Below, piece after piece: positions 1 to 9,026 of a stretch of 62,231 nucleotides of DNA (its first letter is position 1; each line of letters opens with the position of its first letter). A model generated the notes under the pieces. The model had not been told where the DNA came from and made no database searches. It saw only the letters and a list, made by a program, of their open reading frames with translations. This DNA is from an uncultured Anaerolineales bacterium (GTDB taxonomy: Bacteria > Planctomycetota > Phycisphaerae > FEN-1346), in assembly GCA_964449275.1 (NCBI GenBank), contig CAYVAM010000002.1:1-62231 (forward strand), given 5' to 3'. The position numbers and the translations under genes were made by a program.

Positions 1-21
1 CTAGCCGCGAGCGTAAGCGAG
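1..21. repeat. short repeat (family C, GCGGCTAG-containing); exact inverted copy of 47827-47847
   Basis: ctagccgcgagcgtaagcgag is the exact reverse complement of ctcgcttacgctcgcggctag at 47827-47847. Related GCGGCTA(A/G) motifs occur at 15935-15990, 35463-35475, 47881-47903 and 56121-56165. Confidence 0.6.
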
Positions 22-74
22 CGGGTGCCGTTCTCGCCACAGCAAAAGACTTACGCAAGACCGCTTAGTGTTTT

Positions 75-102
75 GCGAGGTGGGCAAGAATGCCCACCGC
101 GC
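75..102. repeat. REP-like GC-rich palindrome, family A (GCGCGGYGGG-loop-CCCRCCGCGC)
   Basis: gcgaggtgggca-agaa-tgcccaccgcgc. The same arms recur about 12 times in the window, almost always intergenic. Confidence 0.7.
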
Positions 103-126
103 AGAGGCTCAGATAGCGTTGTAGGA

Positions 127-1284
127 TTAACCCTCCTGGTCGAACTCGCCGAGGTCCAGGGGATACGTCCCGTGCTCGCGGACGAGGTTGACGAGGTAAT
201 CATAGGTGGCCGGCGCGACGTTGTCGGGCACGCTATGGTCGGACTGGAGGATGAATCCGCCGCCCTTGGCCGCATTGAGTTTCGTGAGGACCTCGCGGCG
301 GACGGCGTCGCGGTCGCCCGTGGCGAGGACGCGGACGTCGATGTTGCCGTTGAACGCCCAGCGGTCGCCGTAGCGGCGTTTCAGTTCGACCACGTCGAGG
401 CCGGCCTTGGCCTCCAGCGGGTTGTAGGCGTCCACGCCCGCCTCGATCATGTCCTCGAAGATCGCGCTCGCGTTGCCGCAACCGTGATAGATGGTTACCA
501 GTCCCGCGTCGTGAGCGGCATCGCAGAGCGCCTTTAGTTGCGGCTTATAGACGCGGCGCCAGTAATCGGGGGAGAATAACATGCCGCCGTCGTAAGCGAC
601 GTCGCCCCAGATGTAGAGTCCGGAGAGTTTGCCGCCGGCCGCCTCGATCTGTCCCTTGACGATGCCAACGAGGAATTCGCCCAACCGCTCGATGAACGCG
701 GCGAGGCGATCGGGGTCCTCGGCGATCTTGTAGTACACGTTTTCCGGGCCGATGACGCGCCACAGTTGCTCCTGGATTTCGCAGACGCTGCCGAAGACGC
801 AGAGATGATCGGCGCAGGCGCTGACCCGGTCGACGAACGAGGGATAGCCGAGGTTCAGCGTGTCGGTGACGGCGTTGATCTGGTCGTCGATGGCCTCGTG
901 GTAGCGGCGGGGATCGCGCGGGTCGTCGAACTCCAGGGCGTCCATGTCATCGTAGGAGGTGGTCTCGAAATCGAGGTAGTTGGGCATGGGGTAATCGGCC
1001 CGCCGCTCGACGGTGGCGCCGAAGCCGGTCCGGACCACCTTGCGCTGGGGCGTGTCCTGGAGGACCTCGATGCCGGTGATGTGCGGGTCCATGTTCGGGT
1101 TTATCACGATCATGTCCAGGTCCCAGTGGACGTACGGGTCGAAGTCGTCGGCGACGTCCATCTCGCGCTTCGCGCGGCGGAGGAAGTTGGTCCAGAAGAA
1201 CTCGCCGACGGGCACGCGGTCGGCCTCGCGGTGCTGAATCGCTGCCAGGACGCGTTCGGTCTTGGCCTTCGCATCACCACTCAT
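127..1284 (-). CDS. uroporphyrinogen decarboxylase (URO-D)/MtaA-like family protein
   Basis: 385-aa ORF. The N-terminus ERVLAAIQHREADRVPVGEFFW and the later IYHGCGNA...GVDAYNPLE and GGGFILQSDHSVP blocks are typical of the URO-D fold. Paralogous to 7980-9026. Last gene of the minus-strand sugar operon. Confidence 0.65.
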   Translation of the reverse strand: MSGDAKAKTERVLAAIQHREADRVPVGEFFWTNFLRRAKREMDVADDFDPYVHWDLDMIVINPNMDPHITGIEVLQDTPQRKVVRTGFGATVERRADYPMPNYLDFETTSYDDMDALEFDDPRDPRRYHEAIDDQINAVTDTLNLGYPSFVDRVSACADHLCVFGSVCEIQEQLWRVIGPENVYYKIAEDPDRLAAFIERLGEFLVGIVKGQIEAAGGKLSGLYIWGDVAYDGGMLFSPDYWRRVYKPQLKALCDAAHDAGLVTIYHGCGNASAIFEDMIEAGVDAYNPLEAKAGLDVVELKRRYGDRWAFNGNIDVRVLATGDRDAVRREVLTKLNAAKGGGFILQSDHSVPDNVAPATYDYLVNLVREHGTYPLDLGEFDQEG

Positions 1285-1302
1285 GAGGAAGACTCCTCAT
1301 CG

Positions 1303-4257
1303 TCACTGCGGCTCCAGTGTGACAAGGTCGGCCTTGCGTCCGGGCGGCGTGACCGTGAGGCTGCGGATTTTGCCGTCGCGGAAATCGCACTCGACGGTGG
1401 TCTTGGCCGGCGCGTGCAGTCTGAACTCGACGTTCCAGTCTTTCGGCCACGCCGGCAGCAGGTACATCTTGCTGCCGTCGGTCTGGAGAAGCATCGCCTG
1501 AAGGGCCTTCATCAACACGCCGCCGTGATCCTGGTCGGGGACCCAGTCGTAGTTGGGTCCCCAGAAGGCGGGGAATCGGGACCCGGCGTGCTTCTTGGCG
1601 GCGCGACCGACAAGGTTCGTCCGTGCCTCGTCGGCCAGGCCGAGGTAGGCCATGAAGATATCGTCCTGCCGCCAGCCGGAGTTGCCCTTGTCCCATCGGT
1701 GGTTGAGGGCCTCGATGCCGAGTTCGACGCCGGGCCGGCCGAGGGCGACGCGACGGAAGGGGAACACGGCGTAGAGTTCCGGATTCTCGCTGTTCCGCTT
1801 GCTGGCGAATCGCTCGGCGGGTGCCAGCATGCGTTTGCCGTCGACCTCGCGGGTCGGCAGGTCGGGCAGTTTCTTCCGCAAGGCCGTCCAGAAGGTGCGC
1901 TGCGCGGCGGTCGTCAGCCGCGCGGGAAGCGAGAGCAGGCGGTCGGTCACGGCGTGGAGTCCCGCCACCTCCGGCATGGGGTTCGTGCAGTCCCACCACG
2001 TCTCGCACGCCTGCGACGGATGCATGACGAGTTTGCCGCGCTCGTCCACCTTGTAGTGCTCGTCGAAGAAGGTCAGGATTTCGTGGGCCGTGGGCAGGAG
2101 CGTGCCGGCGAGGAACGCTTCATCGAGGGTGTGGTCGTAATAGTCGAGCATCATGCAGACCAGTTCGGGGCCGGACACCCACTCCCACTTGTGCCAGCCG
2201 CTGGCCTGGAGGCGGTCTTTACGCTTCTCGAACGGCGTCCAGCCGTAGGTCTGGCTGAACATGTCGCCCCAGAAGTAGATGCACTCGGGGATGTAGGCGC
2301 CCGCGTGGCCGAGGTACAGACGGGTGCGGTACCGGAACAGCGGCATCAGGTCGCGGCCGTACATCGCAAAGAGCGGCTGCATCAGGTCGAAGTCGCCCGA
2401 GGCGCACATGCTGACGTAGGGCAGCCGCGTGTTCTGCCACCAGTAGCCGGGCCCCCACCGGCGGTAATCGGCGTCGCCGGGCCTGCCGGGATGGGGCACC
2501 GTGAAGATGGTGCCGTTGAACTTGATCGGGTACGCGCCGCGGCCGGCACAGGCGCTCACGAACCGCTGGAGGGCGTACGCGCGGCTGACGAGGTAGGCGT
2601 CGTCCGCCGCTTCGACGGTCTGCTGTGCGACCGGCGTGCCGTCGAGGTAAAGCGTGGTCTTGCCCGTGGCCGGATCGACGGTAGCGGCCACGTGTGTCCA
2701 TCGGCCGGCGGGCAAGGCGTCGGGCTTCTGCACGATGGCGGTCCCAGCGATGAAACGCAGGCTGTTGCCGGGCCAGGTATCCAGGAGGAACCCGTCGCTT
2801 CCGCCGGGCGTGACGTTGTCCACGATGCGCCCGCCGCCGGACCCCATCTTCTCGGGCTTGATCCACGCCTCGATGGTCAGCCCTTTGTCGAAGGTCCACC
2901 CTTTCGAGCCGTCGAGCGTGGTGTGCGGTTTCGGCACGCCGCCGAAGAGCAGGCCGTCCCGATCCTGGACAGGCTGCGAGCGCTCGAGTTTGGCCAGCCG
3001 CTGGACGGCAGCGTCGGACAACGCTTTGCCGTACAGACTCAGGCGGCCGATTTCGCCGGCGAAGCGGTTCCCGCCACCCTGGTCGGTGCCGATGCGCACG
3101 GGGTGCGTGTTGGCCGGAACGAGACGAAGCGTCTGCGGCGGCCCGGACGAGGTTACGCGGATCCAACTGCGGTCCCAGAAGTCGCGCCACCAGCGCTCGT
3201 GCGCTTCGCGCCGCCGGGCAAAGGGAATCTTCTGTGTCGCCGCGACGGCCTCATCCACCGCGCCGAGCCAACCTTCGGGCGAGGACGGGTGCCGGGTCAG
3301 GACGTGGATGCTGAAACGGTGGCTCCTGGCGGCGGGCGACCGCAGGTGCAGGTCGTCGAGGCGCCGGCCGCCCTCGGCCTGGATCACGGCGCCGAAGGTG
3401 CGGCCGAGCAGCGGGTCGGCACGCTCGAAACCCTTCAGCCCCTGGATGGCGCCCGTCATGGCCGGGCCGACGGACTTGACGTTGCGGTGGTACCAACCGA
3501 TGCGGCCGGCCTGGTTGGCGAGGACCGTGTCCGGCTCGACGACGGTCGGCCGTTTTTGCGGATCACGGTTGAGCACGTCGCTGCACTCGACGCTGGGCAG
3601 TTCCTCCTGCTTCGTCCGCCACAGTTCGATCGCCGCCGTGGCCGCGGCCGGCTGGGGCGCCTCGATGGCGACGTGAATCACGGGATGGTTGGCATCGACC
3701 CACAATTGCAGTTTCACCGCCCGGCCTTCACCGTAGCGGACGGTCATCGTGGCGTCTTTCAGGCTGAGCGTCTGCCGGAATCCCGGCGACGAGGTCTGCC
3801 GGCGCGGGTCGAGGGTGATGCGCACGCGGCCGACCTTGAGCAGGCGCCCGTTGTCGCCCCAACTGTCGGTTCGGGAGATGTAGAACAGAAGGTCGCCGCT
3901 CGGCTCGACCCAGGCATTCAGGCCGATACGGCCGTTGCCCAGGGGCATGGAACCGGATGAATCCTTGCTCGGCGTTCGCCACACGACGTTGTAGGCGTCC
4001 ATCCGGTGTGCCGTCTCGGCCGCGCCGACGGTTGCCGCAGGGCAGATGCACATAGCCGCTGCAACGGCCAGGCCAGGGAGAGCGCGGCAAAGGGTGGCCA
4101 GGCAGGTCTTGTCCAGTTGCTGCGCGGCGGGTCTCCGTACCCGCCGCGTTTTGTCCGTCTTTGCGCGGTGGGTGGGGACACCCACCGCGCAGAACTCGGT
4201 CGGTGCGGAGACCCGCCGCGCAACACTCATGTCACACTGGTCAGACATGTTCGCCAT
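1303..4257 (-). CDS. secreted DUF5703/GH95-like glycoside hydrolase with an inserted LamG (concanavalin-like) domain
   Basis: 984-aa ORF. The N-terminal block AYNVVWRTPSKDSSGSMPLGNGRIGLNAWVEPSGDLLFYISRTDSW matches the DUF5703 N-domain. The middle NRFAGEIGRLSLYGKALS...GLTIEAWIKPEK...GGRIVDNVTPGGSDGFLLDTW looks LamG-like. The C-terminal half looks (alpha/alpha)6-like. The true start is uncertain because codons about 12-46 are REP repeats (4122-4222). The next ATG is at 4053, but the hydrophobic segment LATLCRALPGLAVAAA lies upstream of it. Confidence 0.45.
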   Translation of the reverse strand: MANMSDQCDMSVARRVSAPTEFCAVGVPTHRAKTDKTRRVRRPAAQQLDKTCLATLCRALPGLAVAAAMCICPAATVGAAETAHRMDAYNVVWRTPSKDSSGSMPLGNGRIGLNAWVEPSGDLLFYISRTDSWGDNGRLLKVGRVRITLDPRRQTSSPGFRQTLSLKDATMTVRYGEGRAVKLQLWVDANHPVIHVAIEAPQPAAATAAIELWRTKQEELPSVECSDVLNRDPQKRPTVVEPDTVLANQAGRIGWYHRNVKSVGPAMTGAIQGLKGFERADPLLGRTFGAVIQAEGGRRLDDLHLRSPAARSHRFSIHVLTRHPSSPEGWLGAVDEAVAATQKIPFARRREAHERWWRDFWDRSWIRVTSSGPPQTLRLVPANTHPVRIGTDQGGGNRFAGEIGRLSLYGKALSDAAVQRLAKLERSQPVQDRDGLLFGGVPKPHTTLDGSKGWTFDKGLTIEAWIKPEKMGSGGGRIVDNVTPGGSDGFLLDTWPGNSLRFIAGTAIVQKPDALPAGRWTHVAATVDPATGKTTLYLDGTPVAQQTVEAADDAYLVSRAYALQRFVSACAGRGAYPIKFNGTIFTVPHPGRPGDADYRRWGPGYWWQNTRLPYVSMCASGDFDLMQPLFAMYGRDLMPLFRYRTRLYLGHAGAYIPECIYFWGDMFSQTYGWTPFEKRKDRLQASGWHKWEWVSGPELVCMMLDYYDHTLDEAFLAGTLLPTAHEILTFFDEHYKVDERGKLVMHPSQACETWWDCTNPMPEVAGLHAVTDRLLSLPARLTTAAQRTFWTALRKKLPDLPTREVDGKRMLAPAERFASKRNSENPELYAVFPFRRVALGRPGVELGIEALNHRWDKGNSGWRQDDIFMAYLGLADEARTNLVGRAAKKHAGSRFPAFWGPNYDWVPDQDHGGVLMKALQAMLLQTDGSKMYLLPAWPKDWNVEFRLHAPAKTTVECDFRDGKIRSLTVTPPGRKADLVTLEPQ
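4122..4222. repeat. cluster of three family A REP palindromes
   Basis: gcgcggcgggtctccgtacccgccgcg (4122-4148), gcgcggtgggtggggacacccaccgcgc (4163-4190) and a degenerate cggtgcggagacccgccgcgc (about 4200-4222). Confidence 0.7.
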
Positions 4258-4287
4258 CGTCGTTCTACTCCTTCTCTGTGGGGCCGC

Positions 4288-5403
4288 TCAGAACTGGCCC
4301 TTGAACTGGTGGGCGCTGGCCTTCGTGATGGGCGGGCAGGGGATGAGGTACGATTTCCTGAGCGTCTCGCCGTTGAGGTGGCGGACGGCCAGGCGTATGG
4401 CGCTGCGTCCTTCCTCCTCGGGCTGCTGAAAACTCGTGCCCGTGAGCCGGCCTTCCCGGATGGCCTCGATGGCCTCCTGGCTGCCGCCCATGCCGACGAC
4501 GGCGACGTGGCTGCGGCCGGCTTGGATGCAGGCGTCGGCTGCGGCGATGGCGAAGTTGTCGCCGTGTGCGTAGATGCCCTTCAGGTCGGGGAACTTGCCG
4601 AGCCAGACCTGCGTCTCCTTGATGGCCTTTCCGCGGTCGCCTTCGTGAGGCGCGCGGCCGAGGAGTGTGACGTCCGGATACTTTGTGAGCACGTCCCGGA
4701 GCGCCTTGGACCGCGCGAGTTGCGGGCCGGTGCCGAGGTGCTGGTGGAGTTCGACGATGCCGCCCACCCCTCCGATGGCGTCCATGAGGATCTCGGCCGA
4801 CGTAACGGCCCCGGCGTAGGTGTCGGTGCCCGTGTAGCAGAGGTAGTCGCATCCTTCGGCGACCTCGCGGTTAACGATGATGACGGGGATATTGGCCTCG
4901 TTCAGCGCCCGCACGCCGGCGACGAGCGGCTCTTTCTTCATGGGCACCACGCACGCCAGGTCCACCTGTTTGGCGATGAGTTCCTGGATCTGCTGAATCT
5001 GGAGGACCGGGTCCTCCTTGGCGTTCATGATGACGACCTCGGCGCCGAGTTTCCTGCCCTCGTCGACGGATCCGAGCCGCATGTTCTGCCAGTAAGGATG
5101 GTCGAGGGTCAGGCAGAATCCGATCTTGAACGCCGCGGCCGCACCCGGCCCGCCGGCCTCGGTAGGGTCATCGCCCGAACAGCCCATCGTCAGTGCCAGC
5201 GCCAGTGCCGCGACCGCCGCTAAGGACGAGCGGTACCTGTTTAGCGTGGTGTCATTCCGAGCGAGCGAAGCGAGTCGAGGAATCTCGCCGTTATCCGTGT
5301 CCGGACGACGAGATTTCTCCGCTCGGCCTCGCTGCGCGAGGCCTCGGTCGAAATGACATCGCTTCGAGAGCACGCTAAACAGGTACGACGAACGACTTGC
5401 CAT
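4288..5403 (-). CDS. monosaccharide ABC transporter substrate-binding protein (RbsB/CUT2-type), lipoprotein-like; N-terminus interrupted in frame by a MITE
   Basis: The FKIGFCLTLDHPYWQNMRLGSVDEGRKLGAEVVIMNAKEDP...IPVIIVNREV pattern fits periplasmic-binding-protein type I. ATG 5403 lies 1 nt after the permease stop. Residues 7-60 are encoded by element 5233-5386 plus its duplication. Confidence 0.75.
   Translation of the reverse strand: MASRSSYLFSVLSKRCHFDRGLAQRGRAEKSRRPDTDNGEIPRLASLARNDTTLNRYRSSLAAVAALALALTMGCSGDDPTEAGGPGAAAAFKIGFCLTLDHPYWQNMRLGSVDEGRKLGAEVVIMNAKEDPVLQIQQIQELIAKQVDLACVVPMKKEPLVAGVRALNEANIPVIIVNREVAEGCDYLCYTGTDTYAGAVTSAEILMDAIGGVGGIVELHQHLGTGPQLARSKALRDVLTKYPDVTLLGRAPHEGDRGKAIKETQVWLGKFPDLKGIYAHGDNFAIAAADACIQAGRSHVAVVGMGGSQEAIEAIREGRLTGTSFQQPEEEGRSAIRLAVRHLNGETLRKSYLIPCPPITKASAHQFKGQF
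5233..5386. mobile_element. MITE-like element E (154 bp) with 16-bp terminal inverted repeats and an 8-bp target-site duplication
   Basis: TIR GTACCTGTTTAGCGTG...CACGCTAAACAGGTAC. Inner inverted module gtcattccgagcga...tcgaaatgacatcgc. Flanking direct repeats are gacgagcg (5225-5232) and gacgaacg (5387-5394). Related copies at 55223-55312 and 22423-22555. Confidence 0.75.
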
Positions 5404-5404
5404 G

Positions 5405-6454
5405 TCACGTTCTCCTTGCTTTTCTGCCGGCCCCCCGGGCCAGTACGTCCACGGCGACGACCACGAGAATGATAAGCCCTCTGACGATGTTCCGGTACTC
5501 TTCTTGAACCCCGAACTGGGGCAGGAGGTTCTCGATGACCGACAGCAGGAGCAGCCCGATCAGGGTGAAGAGCAGCCCCCCGCTCCCCCCGCCGAGCGGC
5601 GTGCCACCCACGATGACACTGGCAATCACCACCAGTTCGAGTCCGCGGTAACTCGCCGCCTGGGCCGTGTTCGACATGCCGGTGTAGATGACGGCCGCCA
5701 CGGCACACGTCAGGCCGCAGATGGCGTACGTGGCGGCCTTGACGAGCGAGGTGTTGATCCCCGCCAGCCAGGAGGCGTTCTCATTTCCTCCCACGGCGTA
5801 AACGTAGTGGCCGAACCGTGTGAAACGGAGCACGTACAGGCAGATGAGAAAAACGCCGGCAAAAACCAGTATCGGCACCGTAACCTGGTACGTCTCGCTC
5901 CCGAACAAGGGGACCTTGCCCCAATACAGTTGGCTGAACGTGTTCTTCAGCCCGAGCGGGACGCTCTCGGTCTGCCCGCCGTGCGTCAGAATCAGGGCAA
6001 TGCCGCGAAACACCAGCATCGTGCTCAGCGTCGCCACAAACGGGTTGACCCCGATGTAGGAGATGGTGGCGCCGTTGAGGGCCCCGAGGAGGGCCCCGGC
6101 CGCAGCCGTCACAAGGACGGCAATCACAATGGACACCCACACGGGCTGGCCCGTCAGCGCCTGGAGGGCGAGGACGGCTACCACGCTGCACACCGTGGTC
6201 GTGGACCCGACCGACAGGTCGAAGCCGCCCGCCACCATCACGAACGTCATGCCGCACGCCATGATCCCCAGGTACGCCGCATTGGTCAGCAGGTTGTAGA
6301 CCAGGTTCTGCCACGTCAGGAAGGTCTCGGTCTGACTGGCCGAGACGGCGCAGAGGACGAGCAGCAGCGCGAGGACGGTGCCCGCCTGGATGAGTTGAAA
6401 CGACGGTTTCCAGCGGCGTCCGGCGGGCGTCGGCGGTTGAGGATTCGCGGTCAT
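5405..6454 (-). CDS. monosaccharide ABC transporter permease (RbsC-like)
   Basis: 349-aa polytopic membrane ORF with the CUT2 permease pattern (GGFDLSVGS, GGTPLGGGSGG). ATGA overlap with the upstream ATPase stop. Confidence 0.8.
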   Translation of the reverse strand: MTANPQPPTPAGRRWKPSFQLIQAGTVLALLLVLCAVSASQTETFLTWQNLVYNLLTNAAYLGIMACGMTFVMVAGGFDLSVGSTTTVCSVVAVLALQALTGQPVWVSIVIAVLVTAAAGALLGALNGATISYIGVNPFVATLSTMLVFRGIALILTHGGQTESVPLGLKNTFSQLYWGKVPLFGSETYQVTVPILVFAGVFLICLYVLRFTRFGHYVYAVGGNENASWLAGINTSLVKAATYAICGLTCAVAAVIYTGMSNTAQAASYRGLELVVIASVIVGGTPLGGGSGGLLFTLIGLLLLSVIENLLPQFGVQEEYRNIVRGLIILVVVAVDVLARGAGRKARRT

Positions 6455-7983
6455 TCGTCACCTTCTCCGATGCATGCCGCAAACAGGGCGTCCACGTCGG
6501 TCCCGGGGCCGGGCATCTCGCGCACGATCCGCCCGTCGCGGACGAGCAGAACGCGGTCCGCAAGATTGACGATCTCGAAGAACTCCGAGGAGATCAGGAT
6601 AATCCCTTTGCCGGCGGCGGCCAGGTCCATTATGAGGCGGTAGATCTGGGCCTTCGTGCCGATGTCGATGCCCTGGGTCGGTTCGTCCAGGATAAGGACC
6701 TTCGGGTCGCGCGAGAGCCAGCGTCCGAGTACGACCTTCTGCTGGTTGCCTCCGCTCAGGGTCTGGATCAATCGGGCCGGGTCGGCCGGCCGGATGCCCA
6801 TGCGGTCGATCATTCGACGGGCGTTGTTTCGGATGCGGCGCGGGCGCAGCAAGCCGACGGCGCCGGACAGACGGTCGAGAACGCTGATGCCGATGTTCAG
6901 GCCGACCGAGGAGCCCGTGATGGTTCCGTCGCGTTTGCGGTCTTCCTGGATCATCCCGATGCCGCGCGCCATGCACCGCTTGGGCGAGCGCCGGGGTATC
7001 GGCCGGCCCAGGAACTCGCATCGTCCGGCGGCCCGGTCGGCTCCGAAGACGGCCCGCGCGATTTCGGTCCGGCCGGAGCCCACGAGGCCGGCGATGCCAA
7101 GGATCTCGCCCTCGCGCAGATCGAACGAGATGTCGTGGAACGCCCCCGGACGCGCCAGTCCCCGCACCTTCAGAATCACCTCGCCGGGCGTGTTGCGCTT
7201 CGGGGGGAACATCTCGGTCAGTTTGCGGCCGAGCATCATCTGACTGAGCGCCGATGCCTTGCAGTCGGCGATACCGCGGGTGCCGACGACCTTGCCGTCG
7301 CGAAGGACGGTGACGCGGTCGGCGATCTGCGGCAGTTCGGCGAGTCGGTGCGAGATGTAGATGATGCCGATGCCGCGGGCCTTCAGGCGGCGGATGACCT
7401 CGAAGAGCCGGCCGACGTCGTCTCCGCCGAGCGATGCGGTCGGCTCGTCGAACACCAGCAGCCGCACGTCCTTTCGGATGGCATGGGCGATCTCAACCAG
7501 GCACTGCCGCGCGTGACTCAGCCCCGCCACACGCGCATCCGGGCGCAGGTCGAACTCCAGTTCGGTGAGCACGGCTTGAGCCTGTGCGGCCAGGGCGCGC
7601 CTGTCGAGCGTACCGGGCAGGCGGCCGGCCGGCTCGTGACCGAGCATGATGTTCTCGGCCACCGTCAGGTTTCCGAGAACGCTCAGTTCCTGGTAGATGA
7701 CACCGATGCCCAGGCCAAGTGCCTGGCGGGGGTTGGTCAGGCGGACCTGTCGTCCGAAGACGGCGAGGTGTCCGCGGTAATCCGCAAAGCGGCCGGCCAG
7801 GACGTTCATCAGGGTGGACTTGCCGGCGCCGTTCTCGCCGACAAGAGCGTGTATCTCGCCGGCGCAGAGGTCGAAATCGACGTGGTCCAGCGCGCGGACC
7901 GCCCCGAAGTCTTTCTCGATGCCTTCCATCCGCAGGATGGTGTCGCCGGATTTCATCTCAGAGAATCGCACTCCTGCCGTCAT
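6451..7983 (-). CDS. sugar ABC transporter ATP-binding protein, duplicated ATPase (RbsA-like)
   Basis: Two ABC cassettes: GENGAGKST with LSHARQ and LLVFDEPT, then GLVGSGRT with LSGGNQQK and ILDEPT. Start set at ATG 7983, which forms an ATGA overlap with the upstream stop. The 87-aa Arg-rich extension to 8244 is read-through of the upstream gene in another frame. Confidence 0.85.
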   Translation of the reverse strand: MTAGVRFSEMKSGDTILRMEGIEKDFGAVRALDHVDFDLCAGEIHALVGENGAGKSTLMNVLAGRFADYRGHLAVFGRQVRLTNPRQALGLGIGVIYQELSVLGNLTVAENIMLGHEPAGRLPGTLDRRALAAQAQAVLTELEFDLRPDARVAGLSHARQCLVEIAHAIRKDVRLLVFDEPTASLGGDDVGRLFEVIRRLKARGIGIIYISHRLAELPQIADRVTVLRDGKVVGTRGIADCKASALSQMMLGRKLTEMFPPKRNTPGEVILKVRGLARPGAFHDISFDLREGEILGIAGLVGSGRTEIARAVFGADRAAGRCEFLGRPIPRRSPKRCMARGIGMIQEDRKRDGTITGSSVGLNIGISVLDRLSGAVGLLRPRRIRNNARRMIDRMGIRPADPARLIQTLSGGNQQKVVLGRWLSRDPKVLILDEPTQGIDIGTKAQIYRLIMDLAAAGKGIILISSEFFEIVNLADRVLLVRDGRIVREMPGPGTDVDALFAACIGEGDE

Positions 7984-9026
7984 CCATCGTAGATGCCGAA
8001 CTCGCGGATCGCGTCGAACATGGCAACGACGTTCTCGACGGGCGTCTCTTCGAGGATCGCGTCGTGGCTGGCCCCCGCCACGAACCCCCCGCCGGGCTTC
8101 ATAATGGCGAGCACCTCGCGCGTCGCGTCTCGAACGGAGTCGGGCGTGCCTTCGATCAGCACGTGATGGGAATCGATGCAGCCGTTGAAGAGGACACGGT
8201 CGCCGAAGTCGCGCTTCAAGCCGCCCAGGTCCATACCGTGGCAACTGGGCTGGATGGCGTGCAGCCCGTCCAGGCCCACCTCGATCATCGCCGGGATGAG
8301 TGGCGCGAAGCCGCCGCAGCAGTGCAGCATGACCTTCAGGTCGTACGCGTGGCCCAGGTCGGTCAGCCGCGCAAGGTGCGGCAGGACGTATCGTCTGAAC
8401 AGGTTCTCTCCGAGCAGCGGCCCGGTCTGGCTTCCGAAATCGTTTCCGATGAAGAAGATGTCGATTTGCCCGGCAACGGCGTCGAAGATCTGTTGGCTCA
8501 CGGCCGCGTAGTAATCGACGACGTGGCCGAACAGGGTGTCCACCAGAAGCGGCTCATCGTACATTTTCAGGTACAGTTCTTCCATGCCGACGAGTTCGAG
8601 GGCGTCGTGCCAGAACGGCGCCCAGTCGCCGCCGAGAATGGCGTACTCGCCGCCCCAGACCTGGGCGTCGGCCCGGACGCCGGAGACGTCCATCCACGAC
8701 GGGTCGGGCCAGGCGTAGTCGTGGATCTCATCGAGTGTCGCGCCGGCCAGCGGATGGTTCATCGCCATGCCGTACCCCACGCCGCTGCGTTCGATGCCGA
8801 AAGGTGTCCGCGAATGCACGCCGGGAGACAGTTGGAACTCCGGGCCGACGTACCGCGGCCAGACGCGGCGGAAATCGTCGCCGAACCGGACGCGCAGACC
8901 CTCGTCATCCAACCCGAGTTCGCCCTTGGCCCTGGCCCAGAACTCGACCGACGAGCCGCACCACGCCGGCACACGGTCGGGCTCGACGTGCTCGAAGGCC
9001 GCAAGCACCCTTTCCCGGGAGGTCAT
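7980..9026 (-). CDS. uroporphyrinogen decarboxylase (URO-D)/MtaA-like family protein
   Basis: 348-aa ORF. ERVLAAFEHVEPDRVPAW, MLHCCGGFAPLIPAMIEVGLDGLHAIQP and GGGFVAGASHD match the URO-D fold. ATGA overlaps on both sides. Confidence 0.65.
   Translation of the reverse strand: MTSRERVLAAFEHVEPDRVPAWCGSSVEFWARAKGELGLDDEGLRVRFGDDFRRVWPRYVGPEFQLSPGVHSRTPFGIERSGVGYGMAMNHPLAGATLDEIHDYAWPDPSWMDVSGVRADAQVWGGEYAILGGDWAPFWHDALELVGMEELYLKMYDEPLLVDTLFGHVVDYYAAVSQQIFDAVAGQIDIFFIGNDFGSQTGPLLGENLFRRYVLPHLARLTDLGHAYDLKVMLHCCGGFAPLIPAMIEVGLDGLHAIQPSCHGMDLGGLKRDFGDRVLFNGCIDSHHVLIEGTPDSVRDATREVLAIMKPGGGFVAGASHDAILEETPVENVVAMFDAIREFGIYDG

Noticed and set aside
766-3960. 1064-aa plus-strand ORF
   Set aside because: Antisense shadow of the URO-D-like and DUF5703-like genes. 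Low-complexity Gly/Val/Asp/Arg composition and no domain.
4288-5403. Calling the SBP gene a pseudogene because of the MITE insertion
   Set aside because: The insertion is a multiple of three, introduces no stop, and leaves the start codon and the whole mature protein intact. Loss of function is therefore not demonstrated.
7984-8244. 87-codon N-terminal extension of the RbsA-like ATPase ORF
   Set aside because: The extension is Arg-rich, overlaps the upstream URO-D-like gene in another frame, and the internal ATG 7983 forms the ATGA coupling seen throughout the operon.
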